Shown here: positions 12,269-24,754 of the stretch, piece by piece
Position numbering within the stretch: the stretch's first letter is position 1
How the letters are laid out: each line of letters opens with the position of its first letter
Program-made: the position numbers and the translations under genes
Assembly (NCBI GenBank): GCA_020536535.1
Contig: JAHLWZ010000807.1
Span: 66,586-130,585 of the forward strand
Direction: 5' to 3'
DNA: 64,000 nt
From: Pelomyxa schiedti
Taxonomy: Eukaryota > Protista > Evosea
Notes under the pieces: generated by a model
The model's input: only the letters and a program-made list of their open reading frames with translations
The model's database searches: none
What the model was told of the DNA's origin: nothing

Positions 12269-15200
12269 TCAAACAATAATACATAGGGCCAAAACGAATA
12301 GTAACAGAATGGGGAGTGTGGAAGCAGCCTTTGGGGCAGAGTTGGAATTGGAGCCAGACAGTACCACTACATCCACAACAATGCAGGAATCTGGGTCAGT
12401 GTGCTGTGTGACCTTTTTGGTAATTGTAATTACTTTTGTATGCTTGTTGTGAATTAACATACATTGCCTTGGTATAGATCGCTGTTCTCATCAATAACAA
12501 TATCCTCCATAATGAGTATTACTTCATCTGTTGTGAAATCCACACAAATAATTGTGAAATTGACTGAGACATCAGTCATTATCACAGTTATTGCTGATGT
12601 GCCAGTTTCCCTCTTCTCACCGGTGCATGAGGAATCCATTCTCAATGAAATAGAGTTCACATAAACATAGTCTGAGCTAGTTCCCAAAGCAGAAGCTATG
12701 TCTTGGGAAAACTGAGAACCAAAGGTAGATGGCAAGGTGGATATGCACTCTGTATTATGTTAGCGTTCCGTGGGGTGGCCAAAACTGCTCACCAGAGAAG
12801 ACCAATTGAAGGCCAAAGGTGACTCTTGGTTCATCTGAGAGCGTTACATTCCCTCAAGAAAGACACTAGTAAATACCTGGTTGCTTTACACTGCTACACA
12901 CGTCAGACCAAATCAATGCACTAGTGCCGGGGAAACACCCCCGGGCACAGTCCCGCGATGGTGGCGGAATGCCGGGTCCATAGCAAACAGTGTCTATATA
13001 GCATGAGCCGGCGCTCACACAAGAGCAAACTGCCGCGGGTTTTGGGTCAATCCTGTTACAAATACAATTGGTAGGAACTGTAGCACAATCGACGCAAGCG
13101 TCAGTTAAGGTACTTTTTGTTGGTAAGTAAATTGTGAAAGGGTGTTACAGGAACAATACCAGTACGGAATCGTAGAAAGCTTGCTTGTTTCCCCGTACAC
13201 ATAGGTTGCTTCTAGATTTCTATTGTTACAGGTTAATTGTTATTAAGCAGTAGTTGAATTAAAAAATTACAGGGTTTGTAAGTAACCAAGAGCGGACAAA
13301 GAAGAAGGGATTGTGCCTCCAATATCAGTATTACGAAGTGAACTGCACAAGTAAAGTTACTTTACTTGCTTAAGTGAAGAGAAATACAGATCACGCAATG
13401 ATGATAAGTTCCCAAAAGTTTCTGGTATTGTGCCAGAAATATCGTTCTGCTGGAGATGACTAGAAAAATCAGCCAAAGTTATAATTGTATGTTGGTTACA
13501 GAATTTGTAGTTTACTCATGTTCCCAATCTCCAAGGGTATTGTGCCTTGCAGACTATTGTCATTGAGATAAAGTGCTGTTAGTGATGACAAAGAGGAAAA
13601 GCAGGCAGGTATTCCTCCTGTGATATTGTTTACTGAGACATCTCTAACACTGTAAGACTAAACAATAATTTTTCAAAAATACAGGTTCTGTAGCATTTGA
13701 AGCAAGCAGAATGTTGTAGGTATTTGGCTATCAAAGTGATTCCCTCCAAGGTATCTTCAGAAAAATTAGGGAAAGAAAAGGAAATGCAATACTACAAAGA
13801 ATTAATCTGTGTAAGGCTAGACAAAGCTGGCAGAGAGCCAGAAAATGAGTTTTCTCCAAGATTTCTTGTTCAATTAAATAAAAAAAGAAAAAAAAATAGC
13901 TATTTACATGTATGTGAGGCTTGACATTGAAGAGAGGGATGCAGGGATTGTGCCACGAATCTCGTTTTGAAAAATAGACCTTTGTTGCATGAGCACGAAT
14001 GGGGGACTAAAGTCCTTACAGGGTAACTAGATTTGACAGGTTTGAGATAGATTCTGGCAGGCTGGTCAATCCATTATAATCGATTACTCTTTTGTTTTTT
14101 TTTTGTTTGGAAAAAAATCACTGGAGTGAAAATCGTACAAGGTTCTCAGCCCTGTGTTCACCACAGTGACGTTAGGAAATGGCCCAGAGAACGAGTTCGT
14201 GCTAAGGAGACTGAAAAAGAATTAAAAAGAGGGATAGAGGTCTTTTCAGAGAAACATTTCATTTGCAGGAAGACGAAACAGGCTGGAAGGTATAGTTCCC
14301 GTAAAGTTATTTTCCCGCAAGTCTCTGGCACACCTTAGCGCATACATGATGTTGTGAAGATAACATACAAAAACCAAAGGCTTTGTGCATTTCCAAAGGA
14401 TGTTGGGATTGAACCATGGATTTTGTTTGATTGCAAATCTCTGAAAAAAAAAATGGTTACATTGCCAGTGCATTAGAATGGACATGCGTACAGATCAATG
14501 AGTGACCCAATAAAATGGAAATCTGGCATGGTTCCTGTTATCGCGTTGTGACACAAAGAACTACTCAATAATGAGCTTTCAAACGTATTGAACAACATAC
14601 ATGCGCTGAAGGAACGGAAGGGGCGCCAGTGTATCGAGTGTACCTCCAATCCAGTTGTCATTGAGAGCTCTAGAGATTATCAGTAATAAAATTGATTTCA
14701 ATGTGCACACAATGTCCGTAGGTTCACAAGCTGTGATAACGTAGTAGGAATTGTACCCGAAAGAGCACTGTTACTTATCCGCCTTTGTAAGAGACTGCAT
14801 TTAGAACAAGGAGAAAACGAAGTTGGCCATACAGCAGTTGAAGGGTGGTGAGATTCCCCAGGGAGTCTGGAAGCGGACCAGTAATGCCACAAGCAAAAAA
14901 GACCCTGACAAGAATGAGAGGAGTTCCAAAACCAGAGGGAATCAGACATTTCTGTGATGTTTCCAAAAGCTGACACACATGACGGCAGTGATCCCACCAT
15001 GGGTTCATAAGATAACTCCCTAAATTAAACACGCAGGGGTGTGAGTTTCATTACATAATCATTCTGAAATAATTCAACTCCATAAGCAACACATTATTTA
15101 GAACAGAATAGAATAGAATACACACAGTTTCATCAGATGATAGTCACTCCAACAAGTCACCCCTTTTAGGGGCATATCACACGCAGTTGAAAATGTACAG

Positions 15201-15379
15201 GGATTAACAGAAACATTCCCCCAGCCGGTCACACCCATAAGCTTCATTTGGCAAAGGCAGTCCGCCTCCATTTGCCACGAGTCCCTTTTGGCCAAAATTG
15301 CGCTGCAGCATTGAGCCCCGAGCACGACGGCAACGGCTACTACAACGGCTGCAGCAATCCCACAACGCGCACACGGCAT
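12269..15379 (-). CDS. Extracellular LRR receptor-like protein with probable GPI anchor
   Basis: Signal peptide, Cys-containing LRR N-cap (W..NPC...KGVTC), 16 plant-type LRRs (LxLxxNxxxGxIPxxxxxL), a Cys-rich segment and a SEA-like segment. The C-terminus SGSNSNSAPKAASTLPILLLFVLALCIIV* is typical of a GPI signal. Confidence 0.85.
13271..15019 (-). repeat. Array of 15 symmetric phase-2 LRR exons (69/72 nt, one 144 nt)
   Basis: Exons were delimited by GT-AG by eye, e.g. 14948-15019 (72 nt), 13500-13643 (144 nt) and 13271-13342 (72 nt). Each encodes one 23-24 aa LRR, except the 144-nt exon, which encodes two. Confidence 0.85.
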
Positions 15380-15860
15380 CACGTGCTTGGTGTTTTTATA
15401 TTAGTTAGTAATTTGTGGCCAAGGGGCACACTATGAGTGATTCCCTTTTTCGATTTTCCGTTTGGCGACTTCGAAGGCACGCCCTACTGCGATCTATTAC
15501 CATCTAGTGATATTACCGGCTCTTGCACGTCCCTTAGGTGCAATTCTTTGATCGTTACACTAACGGAGATGAGGCTCACTAGTGTCCCTTCCGATCTGGG
15601 CGAAGAAGATCATTGCTGCGTGAGGGTGGCCGTTTTATGCCGTGGAGAAGTGCAGTTTCGTTACGGCATTTGTTGTTACATAAAATCAAAATTTGGTGTC
15701 TGCCGGCAAGGGACGGCACGGAGTGTCGTTGCCGGAATCTGCGCATGTGCCTTCGCTACAAATAAGCATGCGGCATGCTGTGCAACAAAGAATTGTGGTT
15801 CCGGCTGTGCAAGAATTGTTAAAGTTCCATATAGGGCATAAAGTGAATTTGAATTTGGGC

Positions 15861-18800
15861 TTAAGTACCTTTCATGAGAGCACTGCATATAGCACAAGGA
15901 ATGTCATTGTCTGTAGTGGATGGAATGAAGTTGTGTGATTTGTTTTCATTGGTATGGGCTGTGGCTGCTGTAATAGTTGCTGTGTTGCTGTGGGAATGCA
16001 CGTGGGCGTGGACGTGGCTGTGGCTGTGAGTGCGGCTGTGACTGTGACTGTGACTATTGCTGCGGTTGCGTGTTGTGCCCTGCAAAAGCACCGAGGATGA
16101 AGCGCTTGGTCGTAGCTTTTGGAACGCTTCGTGAGTTGGGGATGTGTCTTGATCACTGAGAGCTCCGGGATCCATATCCTCGGACTTGGCGCTTGCGGTG
16201 GAGTTGCGCCTTCCGCTTGTTTTTGATCCGCGTTCACTAGAAGATGCATCTTCAGTTGAACGCGGGGTGACTCTTGGTGATTCCCTTTCCATTTCCGGTA
16301 TGTTCAGCGCTGGAATATTTAGTGGAGGGCCACCCTCTTTGTCTCTCCGTTGTTTTCTTTCTTCTCTTGCTTTCTTTCTCTCTTCTCTTGACTTCCTTAG
16401 TTCTCCAGTTGGTCGAAATTCCCCTTCGACGTCTTGGCCTGGGCTTCTGCTCTCAAATGATTCCTGCAGTCCCTCAACTCTCTCTACTTGTCCAGTACTG
16501 AGTCTTCTTTCAGATCCCCCAATGGCTCTTTCAATTTCTTCTGCTTTTCTTCTAGCATCTTCTAGGCGGTTGTGCTCCCCTGTCATATCTTTGCCTGATG
16601 TGGAGAGCGGATTGTGTATATCCAAAGTTGACTCGTCTTTGTGTTCAGTTTTTATAATGTCAATTTCGTGCTTTGAGTGACTTCGGCTCCTTTTTTCCTT
16701 TTTAAGTTCCGGTTCAGGGGAAGTATCCGGTGTTCCATGAGCCTCGGGAGGGACAAACGCAGGGACAGGATTTAATTCTCGGTCATCACCGTCTTTATGG
16801 GTTTCAGTAGCGCACGAAGGGTCACTCTTCCTGTCACTGGGTGGAGGTGTTTTCTTCCTCGAGAGTAGTAAAAACGAACCTCCTCCAACGGAAGTTTGGT
16901 TCCTAGACTTCGAACTACTGAGGCTAGGAGAGCTTTGAGACGGAGTTAACTGGGAGATGTGTGACCGAGAAAGCTTCGGGGATTGGGTCCCAGTCTGTTC
17001 TGGCGGGGTATCGGTGTTCCTGGGGGATAGGGAGGAGCTAGTTGATGGCGGTGGTGCCAGAGAGTTTGAAGGTGGTGCTGCTGGGCCTGATACCGACATA
17101 CTTTTACTGTGCCCATGTCGAAGTGAAAGAAATGTTGCAGCACGACGAACTTGTGATAATGACGAAGGTGATGAAGCAGAGGGTGATGTAGGCGAACTAG
17201 AAAGTGATGCATAGCTAAGACTAGGGGCTGTGAGCCCATTGAGTAATGCTTGGGCCTCAGGACTTAGTGGGAGGGGTTGTTTTACATGCTCACGTGGGGA
17301 GGTAGGCGGGGATATTCGAAATCGGATGCCGCTATCCTCCTTTACACAAGAAGTAATGTTTTCGGCAGAAGGTGCTCTCCGTCGAGTGGGTGTTTCAACT
17401 GCAGCCACTACTGGGGCGGATTTAACATCCTCTTCTGGAAAAGCTTGTATACTTTATTAGGAGTAAGATAAGGGGAGGGGCTAACGTGGGGGTTCTCCAA
17501 AGGCATAGCAGCCAATTCCAGATTTGGGATGAACGAATGTATAAAACAAAAGTCTTCTGTATGTCACCAAAAAAGTAACAGTACGGAAAGTGTTACCTTG
17601 AAAAATAAAACATCCTCGTAATAAAATAGCCTTTGAGAGAGATTGTCTTCACGGAAGTAAAGTTCACTGGGTGCCAAATGATAATTGAACCTTCTTGGTC
17701 ACATGAACACATATAACTACGGAGAACAATGTAATAGGCTTCTTTTAATCAGTGGGACTACCTTTCACATGGTGTAAGCCAGGTGATGTCCGCATCATGG
17801 CCTACAAGAGTAGCAACTATATTCTACAAAGAGTCAATAGGCACTGTAAACAACTCCCTTACTTTTTTATCGCAATCAAACACTAATATCTTTGCTTTAC
17901 TAGCTGCCCATACACGCTTATTAAGATAAATGCATGATGAAAACCGAGCGGCAATATCTGCCAATACTATAGACAAAGAGCAGGGAGGAAGTAAAAATAA
18001 CCTGTTATCGATCTCTGAGTAGTCATAGTTAAAGCATCCAGAATAACAACTTTATTCCAACATCCGACCCATACAGTGTCGTCACAGTCACATAAAACCA
18101 TGAAGTTAATGTTTACGGTTTTGTCAAATGTGACACGGTTAACAACTTCACGCGTCTGAGGTACGTTATTTGGCATTCACATGGTTTTGAGATACCGAAG
18201 GATCAACTGAAACAATTGTATATTCAGTTGGGCAGGAACTCCAAACTCGTATGGTGTCCTTTGCCGTTACTAACAGAAGTTGGGCTATAGATTGTTTGAA
18301 CCCATGGAGAGGAAGTTCTTCTTTTTTTGTCATAGTCTGAAAGAGATGAATTTGAAAAGAGTGAAAATGAGGCGGACCTGTAAGTCGAATACTATTACAA
18401 TACCCAATTCAGAACTGGCCCAAAGTTCGTCCTTTACAAAAATTATGCTATATATCCTTGTTTTATGTTCCAAATCTAGATTTGGCCCTAGGGAAGAGCC
18501 TTTACTTTTTGTTAAGTGCCGCACAGTCCCATCTGCAAAAGAAAACTGGAAGAAATTAGTACAAAGACAAATAGAGGGAAACAACCCACAATGCACCCGC
18601 ATTTTCAGTGATGCACCAGGACTTAGCTTCATCATAGACTTGCCACAAAGATGAAACCTCTGGCAACTCGGGAAGCTCAACACCTAGTTTGGCAGAAAGA
18701 TTCAGTACCCTGTGAGAAGGTTTAAAACGAACGTGGTTCCTCTTCTTTTTCTTCCATCGGTCTGTGAGGCAGCTCCAGCATGTCCTCAAGCTCAGAAGTC

Positions 18801-21800
18801 AGGCTTTCAGCTGAAGGTCTCAAATTTGGAACCCGGTTCCAGCAATTATGCATCATTTTTGCCAACTTTCTAAAATTCGAATGTTACATATGACTAAGCT
18901 ACTGGGACTAACTTGGGACAATTATCTGGGATGGTGGGGCGAAGATCCTCTTGAGAGATCGCAATTTTAATATTTTGTTCCCGCCACTCTACACTAGTTC
19001 CTTTTTTCCGTGAGTATTTCGGATTCTCGGCATATTCTGGGATCAATGTTAAACAAATCCTAAAATGTGACCTGGTACCGTCGTATGGATACATCCTTGT
19101 AACAAGTTCATAATATACAATTCCAAGGCTGAAGATATCAGATTTTTCATCGTACTCTTCAGAGTGACAATCAATTACTTCTGGAGCTAACCACTAAAAT
19201 AGTAAACAAAATATTATTGGTATTATGGTTTGGATACCTGCCACGTGCTTAGGTTCCCGGCGACTTTTCCTGCCGCTCTAACACTAAGTCCAACTGTGGG
19301 CAAGTTAAGAAAACAACCAAAGAATCTTATTGTGTTTCATTTATAACCCAAGCAAGTTGAGTTGAAGGATACAATCTGCAACTTTAGCTCTTACAGGTGC
19401 TTTAGGGTCAAAACAAAGCATCTGAAATTGTAAAGGGATAAAATGAAAACTACTCTACAAACAAATATGTTGGGACTCCGTAGATCTCTGTGGACGACTG
19501 GGGGCTTAAGTGTATGCAAGTAGTACATTCCTATGGTGATGTCCAAGGCAAGAAGGAGTCGGAACCGCCAACTAAATTCCCGTTATGTTAACTAATTATG
19601 CATAGAATGTGAAATAAACTTCATAGGGAAATTGTATGCTTCTTCTCCATTTGGGTAATCATCCAAAGCAGTTGTAAATGGTGGGGGAATGAAATCTTGG
19701 AATTATGAGTCGATGAATAAAAGTGGAGGATACCTTCTTGAGAATTAGCCGATTTGTGGAGGAGATCAAAAAGAGTGCCACAAGGAATGAATTCCATCAC
19801 CATCATCGGAGGCGACATACATACACCCAGGAGCTGTACAACATATGGGTTATCAAGGGCACTTGAAATATGTTAGGTGAATTTGAGACAACAACATTGT
19901 AACCTCATTAGCATAGCCTCCTTTCTAAATTCGGCAAATTTTTCTTTCGGATCATCACCCTCATGAAAGAGAAGCTCTTTGACGGCAACAACTTGCCCAC
20001 TCAATTCCCCTTTTGCGAAAGATTGGTATTGCCGCCACTTACCCTCTTAGAAAACCTTTATAAACTTTTCCAAATCCTCCAGACGCGATCAAAGTGAGAT
20101 TTGTCAAACTTTCTCTGCTAATTTGACCTTTTTGCCCAAGAGTAAGCTCTGGGGCAAGTTTGTCCAGTCTCAGTGGAATATTTTCGTTCTAAGGGGGTTA
20201 CTGATTATTATAATGTTGTAGACGCACTTTGCAGATCAATGATTTATGAGATGATATGGATTCAACAACTTCATCCAACGTGAACTGGTGTGGTTGTGGT
20301 GTTGCTGGGTTGAGGGGGAGTGGACAATGGTTGCAAGTTATCAATCTTTGTAGCTCTAGCTGCACGGACCTTGGAATTATTAATCTAGTTTGCTGAAATG
20401 TATGCGCTTACTTGTAGAAGCATTCAACGGTAGTGTCCACACATTCCATGGTGTCAGTTAGGACATCTGGTCTCTTGTGAAAGTTAAACACAAGTCCTAG
20501 AATGTATCTACACACAATATCTTGGTGTGCTCGAACTCTGACAAATAAACTAGGGTTGTTTCCTGATGTGCAATCAAAATAGATATATAAGGTCTGGCAT
20601 CTGGCATCTTCAAAGAAATTTGTAAGCACTCTCTAAGGAGGAATCCCATACCAAAGGGAGTGAGAACCTCTAATCTAATATTGTTTTTCCAAAAAGCTTT
20701 TCTTCCAATGCCATGAAAATGAAGAATACGAACAAGAAGTCTTCCAAACAAGCCCATGGGCAAGCAAGGAAAGACAAACACCCTTTCTGCCCCAATAAAC
20801 ACTCAGGCAATATATAAAATATACAAACCATATTGTATGAACTTGTCAAGAGGCGAGGCAGGCCAAATTTTTGCAGCATCTGGCGGTTCGTCATCAGGGA
20901 GAGCACTGATTTGCGTCAAACAAAAAAAAGGAGAAAAAACAAAGAAAACCAGGGTACAAGGAACCCCTCGCGACCATCACTCAAGGCTATTGGATGAATA
21001 ATCAGGTACAGGGACAAAAGATCTGTTGAAAGTTTAGCACTAAAAACGTGAAACTGATGACCTATTAAAGAATTGTGATCTCTGACATCATATTTGCCCC
21101 ATATGTGGAGCAAACAATCTCGAGCTATAAACCCATTTATAATCATCGTTGTCTTATTGTGTTGGCTATTACTCTATGTAAACAAACTACCTTGAATGTA
21201 ATCATGGTGCACATCAAATCTTTGAAGTGGTATATCGAATTTATGTTAGTTATAATGGCCCCAAATAGGAAGAACTATGCCTGCCAAGTACTGGGGGTTC
21301 AGTACAACAAGTTTACCAAGTTCTGAGTAACTGTTTTCATAAAAAATGATGGAACCAACAGAGTGGAGGAACTGTGCTGCCTTGTTTCTGGTGAGGCACA
21401 TAAATTATTCCTGTTCCTTACTTGTTTGATTTTACTCTCATCCTCAATTTGGACTTGGTTAGCCAGTTCAACAAATTCATTCCAGTGGAGAGTATTAGAA
21501 GTTAACCGTTTGCGTGTTATTTCTTTGTCAAGGAGGATCCAGCTTCCAGGCACCTAAGACCTCTTAAAAGAATGATTTGGTGAATTCACGTCATACCCTC
21601 TCTCGAAGGACCATTTGCTTTGAAATGGAAGTTTTGATGATACAATTCTGCAAATCCCCAATTTTACCCTCCAAAGTACTAACAGGGATGCAGTCCACTA
21701 AAGACCCTATGCAGCGGAAAAATTTGAAGATGGACTGGCATGCAGCACGTGCGGAGTCTTCAGTGCAAAGGTCTGCATGTGTTCCAACTAGAATAACTGG

Positions 21801-24451
21801 AGGGGATGGAGGTTGCTTAACAGTGCGGGCGATTTGTCTGTAAGAGAAATTAGAATATGATTTCTGCGTTTCTGTCCAGTAACCTTAACCAATACTCTAT
21901 TCTTAGAGTGTCTGGATTTTGTATATTGAATAGAACAAGATAAAGTGCACGTCCAGTAAGGAAAAACTTGTGAAGAAATTAGCATATGAATGTTATGGAA
22001 GAATCAACTTGATGTGTTGGTAAAAAAACGCTTTGGCCTAACAATGGGTGTGTGTATTAGTTTCTGGGAAGATGAGATCAAATGTAGTACCTCCCAAGTC
22101 TGTTGAAAACAACATTCAGTAAACGTAAGTTAAGAAAGATTATAAAGAAGCTACCCCAAACAGTAAATGTAACATCTTTAATCTGGAGATCTGTTATTTC
22201 AATTCCATCTGTTCTGAAGTGAGAGTTCTTCTGCTTTATTTATTATAGTACCTGTGGAAATTCCATTGTGTGTCAAGCCTTGAAACTTCTTTGTCAAAGT
22301 GGTTTTACCAACATTTTCCTTCATCAGAGTGAGCACATAACTGTTATATTGCCTTGCATACATACAGATCCAACAATCATCAACCTGACCCTATTCCAGC
22401 GAGTAATGCCGCTCAATGCAAGTTCATCCAGGTAATCAGCCATTTCTTCTGATGAATTGCACTTTCGCATGTTTTCAAGTGGATTTGGCAAGTAGTGTAG
22501 TTTGTGATACCGGACATGACCAGCAAGGGTGAAGGGCAGAGCAGATAACTAGAGTTTGCAAAAAGGGAAGAAAGGCTTCTTATCAAAACCGGTACAAACT
22601 TTATTGTGTCCACATGACAGTGTCATTTGTAGACAGTCACCCAGAGATTCGGGCAGACTTGTAAGATCATTATGTTCAAGCTTTGCATAATTAGGGCAAT
22701 TGAGAAATTAGCCAACATTTAGCTCAGTGAGCTCCAGGCACTTGGAAATTGTATCAGAGAGTGCAATCAACTTATTCCCTGTAGGGACGAAATGAGAAAT
22801 CAAAAAGAAGAAAAAATAACAAGAAAGCACACATGATAGGTCCAAAACTTTAAGGCATTTCGTTTCTTGGAAAAAGTTGTGGGGAACTTGTGATATTCTG
22901 TTATGTGACAGATTTAAAGTTGTTATTTGAGCGCCAAAGAGTTGCTCTAAGATGAATTGAGGGACCATATGAATCAAAGTGGTCATACCCACAGGTACCC
23001 CGGAGAGAAGGAGAAAAGGCATTGAGACATCTGGGGGAACTTTGGAAAACTGAGGCACACTTTCTGTTAGTAAATAAGTTCTCACTCCAATGCGGAAATG
23101 CTAACCTTGAGCCCAATCAAATGCAGATTTTACAATATTGTTCTGGTACATAAACTGATAGGTGGGGTGTTGAATAAGTCCCCAATCTTGTACATGCGGA
23201 TAATGACTGAATAGATAAACAAAGGACTTCCGATCAAGCTTTTTGACTGTAATGACACTATGAAAACGAATTCCGCAGTAGTTGAAGGAAAACTTGTGAA
23301 TAGGAGCATAATATCATTCAATTTGATGTGTACATCAGCAAGTGTTTCATGTATCAGTTTATCAAGTTCTTCATAATGACTAGCATGTGATTTATGTCTT
23401 AGAAGAGCATTAATTTTTTCAGAGAAGACTGGTAAGGGCTCTTTAAGCAGGCCCGGCAATGAAGTTTTCCATGGTCGCCTTTTTCTCCTTAGACAGAAGG
23501 GGGTTGGGGAATCACTACTTTTTGGGCATTTTCGAAACGTAATATACATCCTCAAAAAATTCCGTGACTGTGGTCTTGTCATCAATATTGAAACACCTCA
23601 ACATATTGCACGTTTGATTATCCAAGGAATCTAAGATGTCCTTGAGGTCATTCCAGGCACTGCCATCCCCTTTTCCACCAACACCCACACATGGAAATGT
23701 TGTATCAGAAGTCCTAGGTGCTCTGGGGGTTGAAGGAACTGGCACTGCAGGGCGAAAATCAAGGCCACACAAAACCAATTTGCATTTTGAAGGTGTTGAA
23801 TCTTCCAACTGTTGCATTCTGTGATCTAGTGCGGCAACACCAGCAGGTTCACTCAAATGTGCCAAGTTAAATGCAAACACCACCACTTGCACACCACGAA
23901 ATATGGATGATGAACGCAGTGCAGAAGTTGATGGTTGAATTGATTCCACACTGGAACGTGGTGTTGTGGGAAGAACAGCATCAGGGGGCAGTGGCCCCAT
24001 TTCAGTTGGTGCGTGGTGCATATATACAGTCATAGTGAAAGGTGCCTCCCCCTCAACAGTCATCTGCTTTGACACCCAACTCACATCTTACAAACCATAG
24101 TGTTAGGAAGTAATAGTAGTAAAAAGAAGAAATAAGTACAATAAAAAACAGAAACAACAAAAAAAAACCCCAGGTTGCACAGAAAAAGAATTTGTTCTGG
24201 ATAAACCTGGGTTGATAGTCCCGAAAGCGGAAACGAGTGACCTAACGGTTTCCTTGTCATCCCCGATTATGGTTACAATGATGTCCTCGGGTTTACGGGA
24301 CTAACCAAGAGGTGTAAGTGTCAATCAAAATCATTTTGGTTTTTTGTTGTTGTCAAAGGGGAAGAAGGTTAAGGATTGGAGTGGTGTGGGGAAAAAAAAA
24401 ACCAAAACAATGAATAAAAAGTCGTAGTCGTAGAGGCAACACGCGCACCAT
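15861..24451 (-). CDS. ROCO-family kinase (pseudo-GTPase-like N-terminus, LRR, Roc, COR, TKL kinase, WD40-like, low-complexity tail)
   Basis: LRRs (LNLSHNRISQVP); Roc motifs LMIVGSENVGKTTL, STDGIEI and WDLGGQSVFLPTHQFFLT; COR motifs (VPGSW, LPMGLFGRL); kinase motifs IASGGFGKVYKG, VAVKE, HRDLRSPN, ADFG, WLAPE and SDIFSLG; WD-like blades (DTVWVGC). The start is inferred as an ATG-only first exon at 24451. Confidence 0.9.
19294..19372 (-). other. Candidate U12-type (minor spliceosome) GT-AG intron
   Basis: The 5' site is GTATCCTTC and a branch-like TTTTCTTAAC lies 10 nt before the 3' end (TTGCCCACAG). Removing the intron restores GAT TTT GGA (DFG). Confidence 0.65.
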
Positions 24452-24754
24452 TTTGTTTCGTGCACTTCGGCGCGTGAAAATTTTGTTTCCTTTATCTGTA
24501 CTGCGAGTTTCGGGCCAACCTCTGAACCGCTGAATCTCATTGCTAGATTGAAGATCTTTGTTGGAATGCCAAACACAACGGTGCACAGCAATACGTGAGG
24601 GAGTGGGAATGTTGTTTTCAGAGTCTTGGATGAGAAAGTGACACAACTTCAAGGTCGTTAATTTGGCTTTCGAGTAAGAGCAATTCCCGGTCGATCAAAC
24701 CGGCACACAAAACGAAAACACCAGCTTTTTTTTCCGCCCTCGCGATCAACGCTC

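Noticed and set aside
19690-19733. Second GTATCC-starting intron in the ROCO kinase (GTATCCTCC)
   Set aside because: It has ordinary length and no CTTAAC-like branch site, so it was treated as U2-type.
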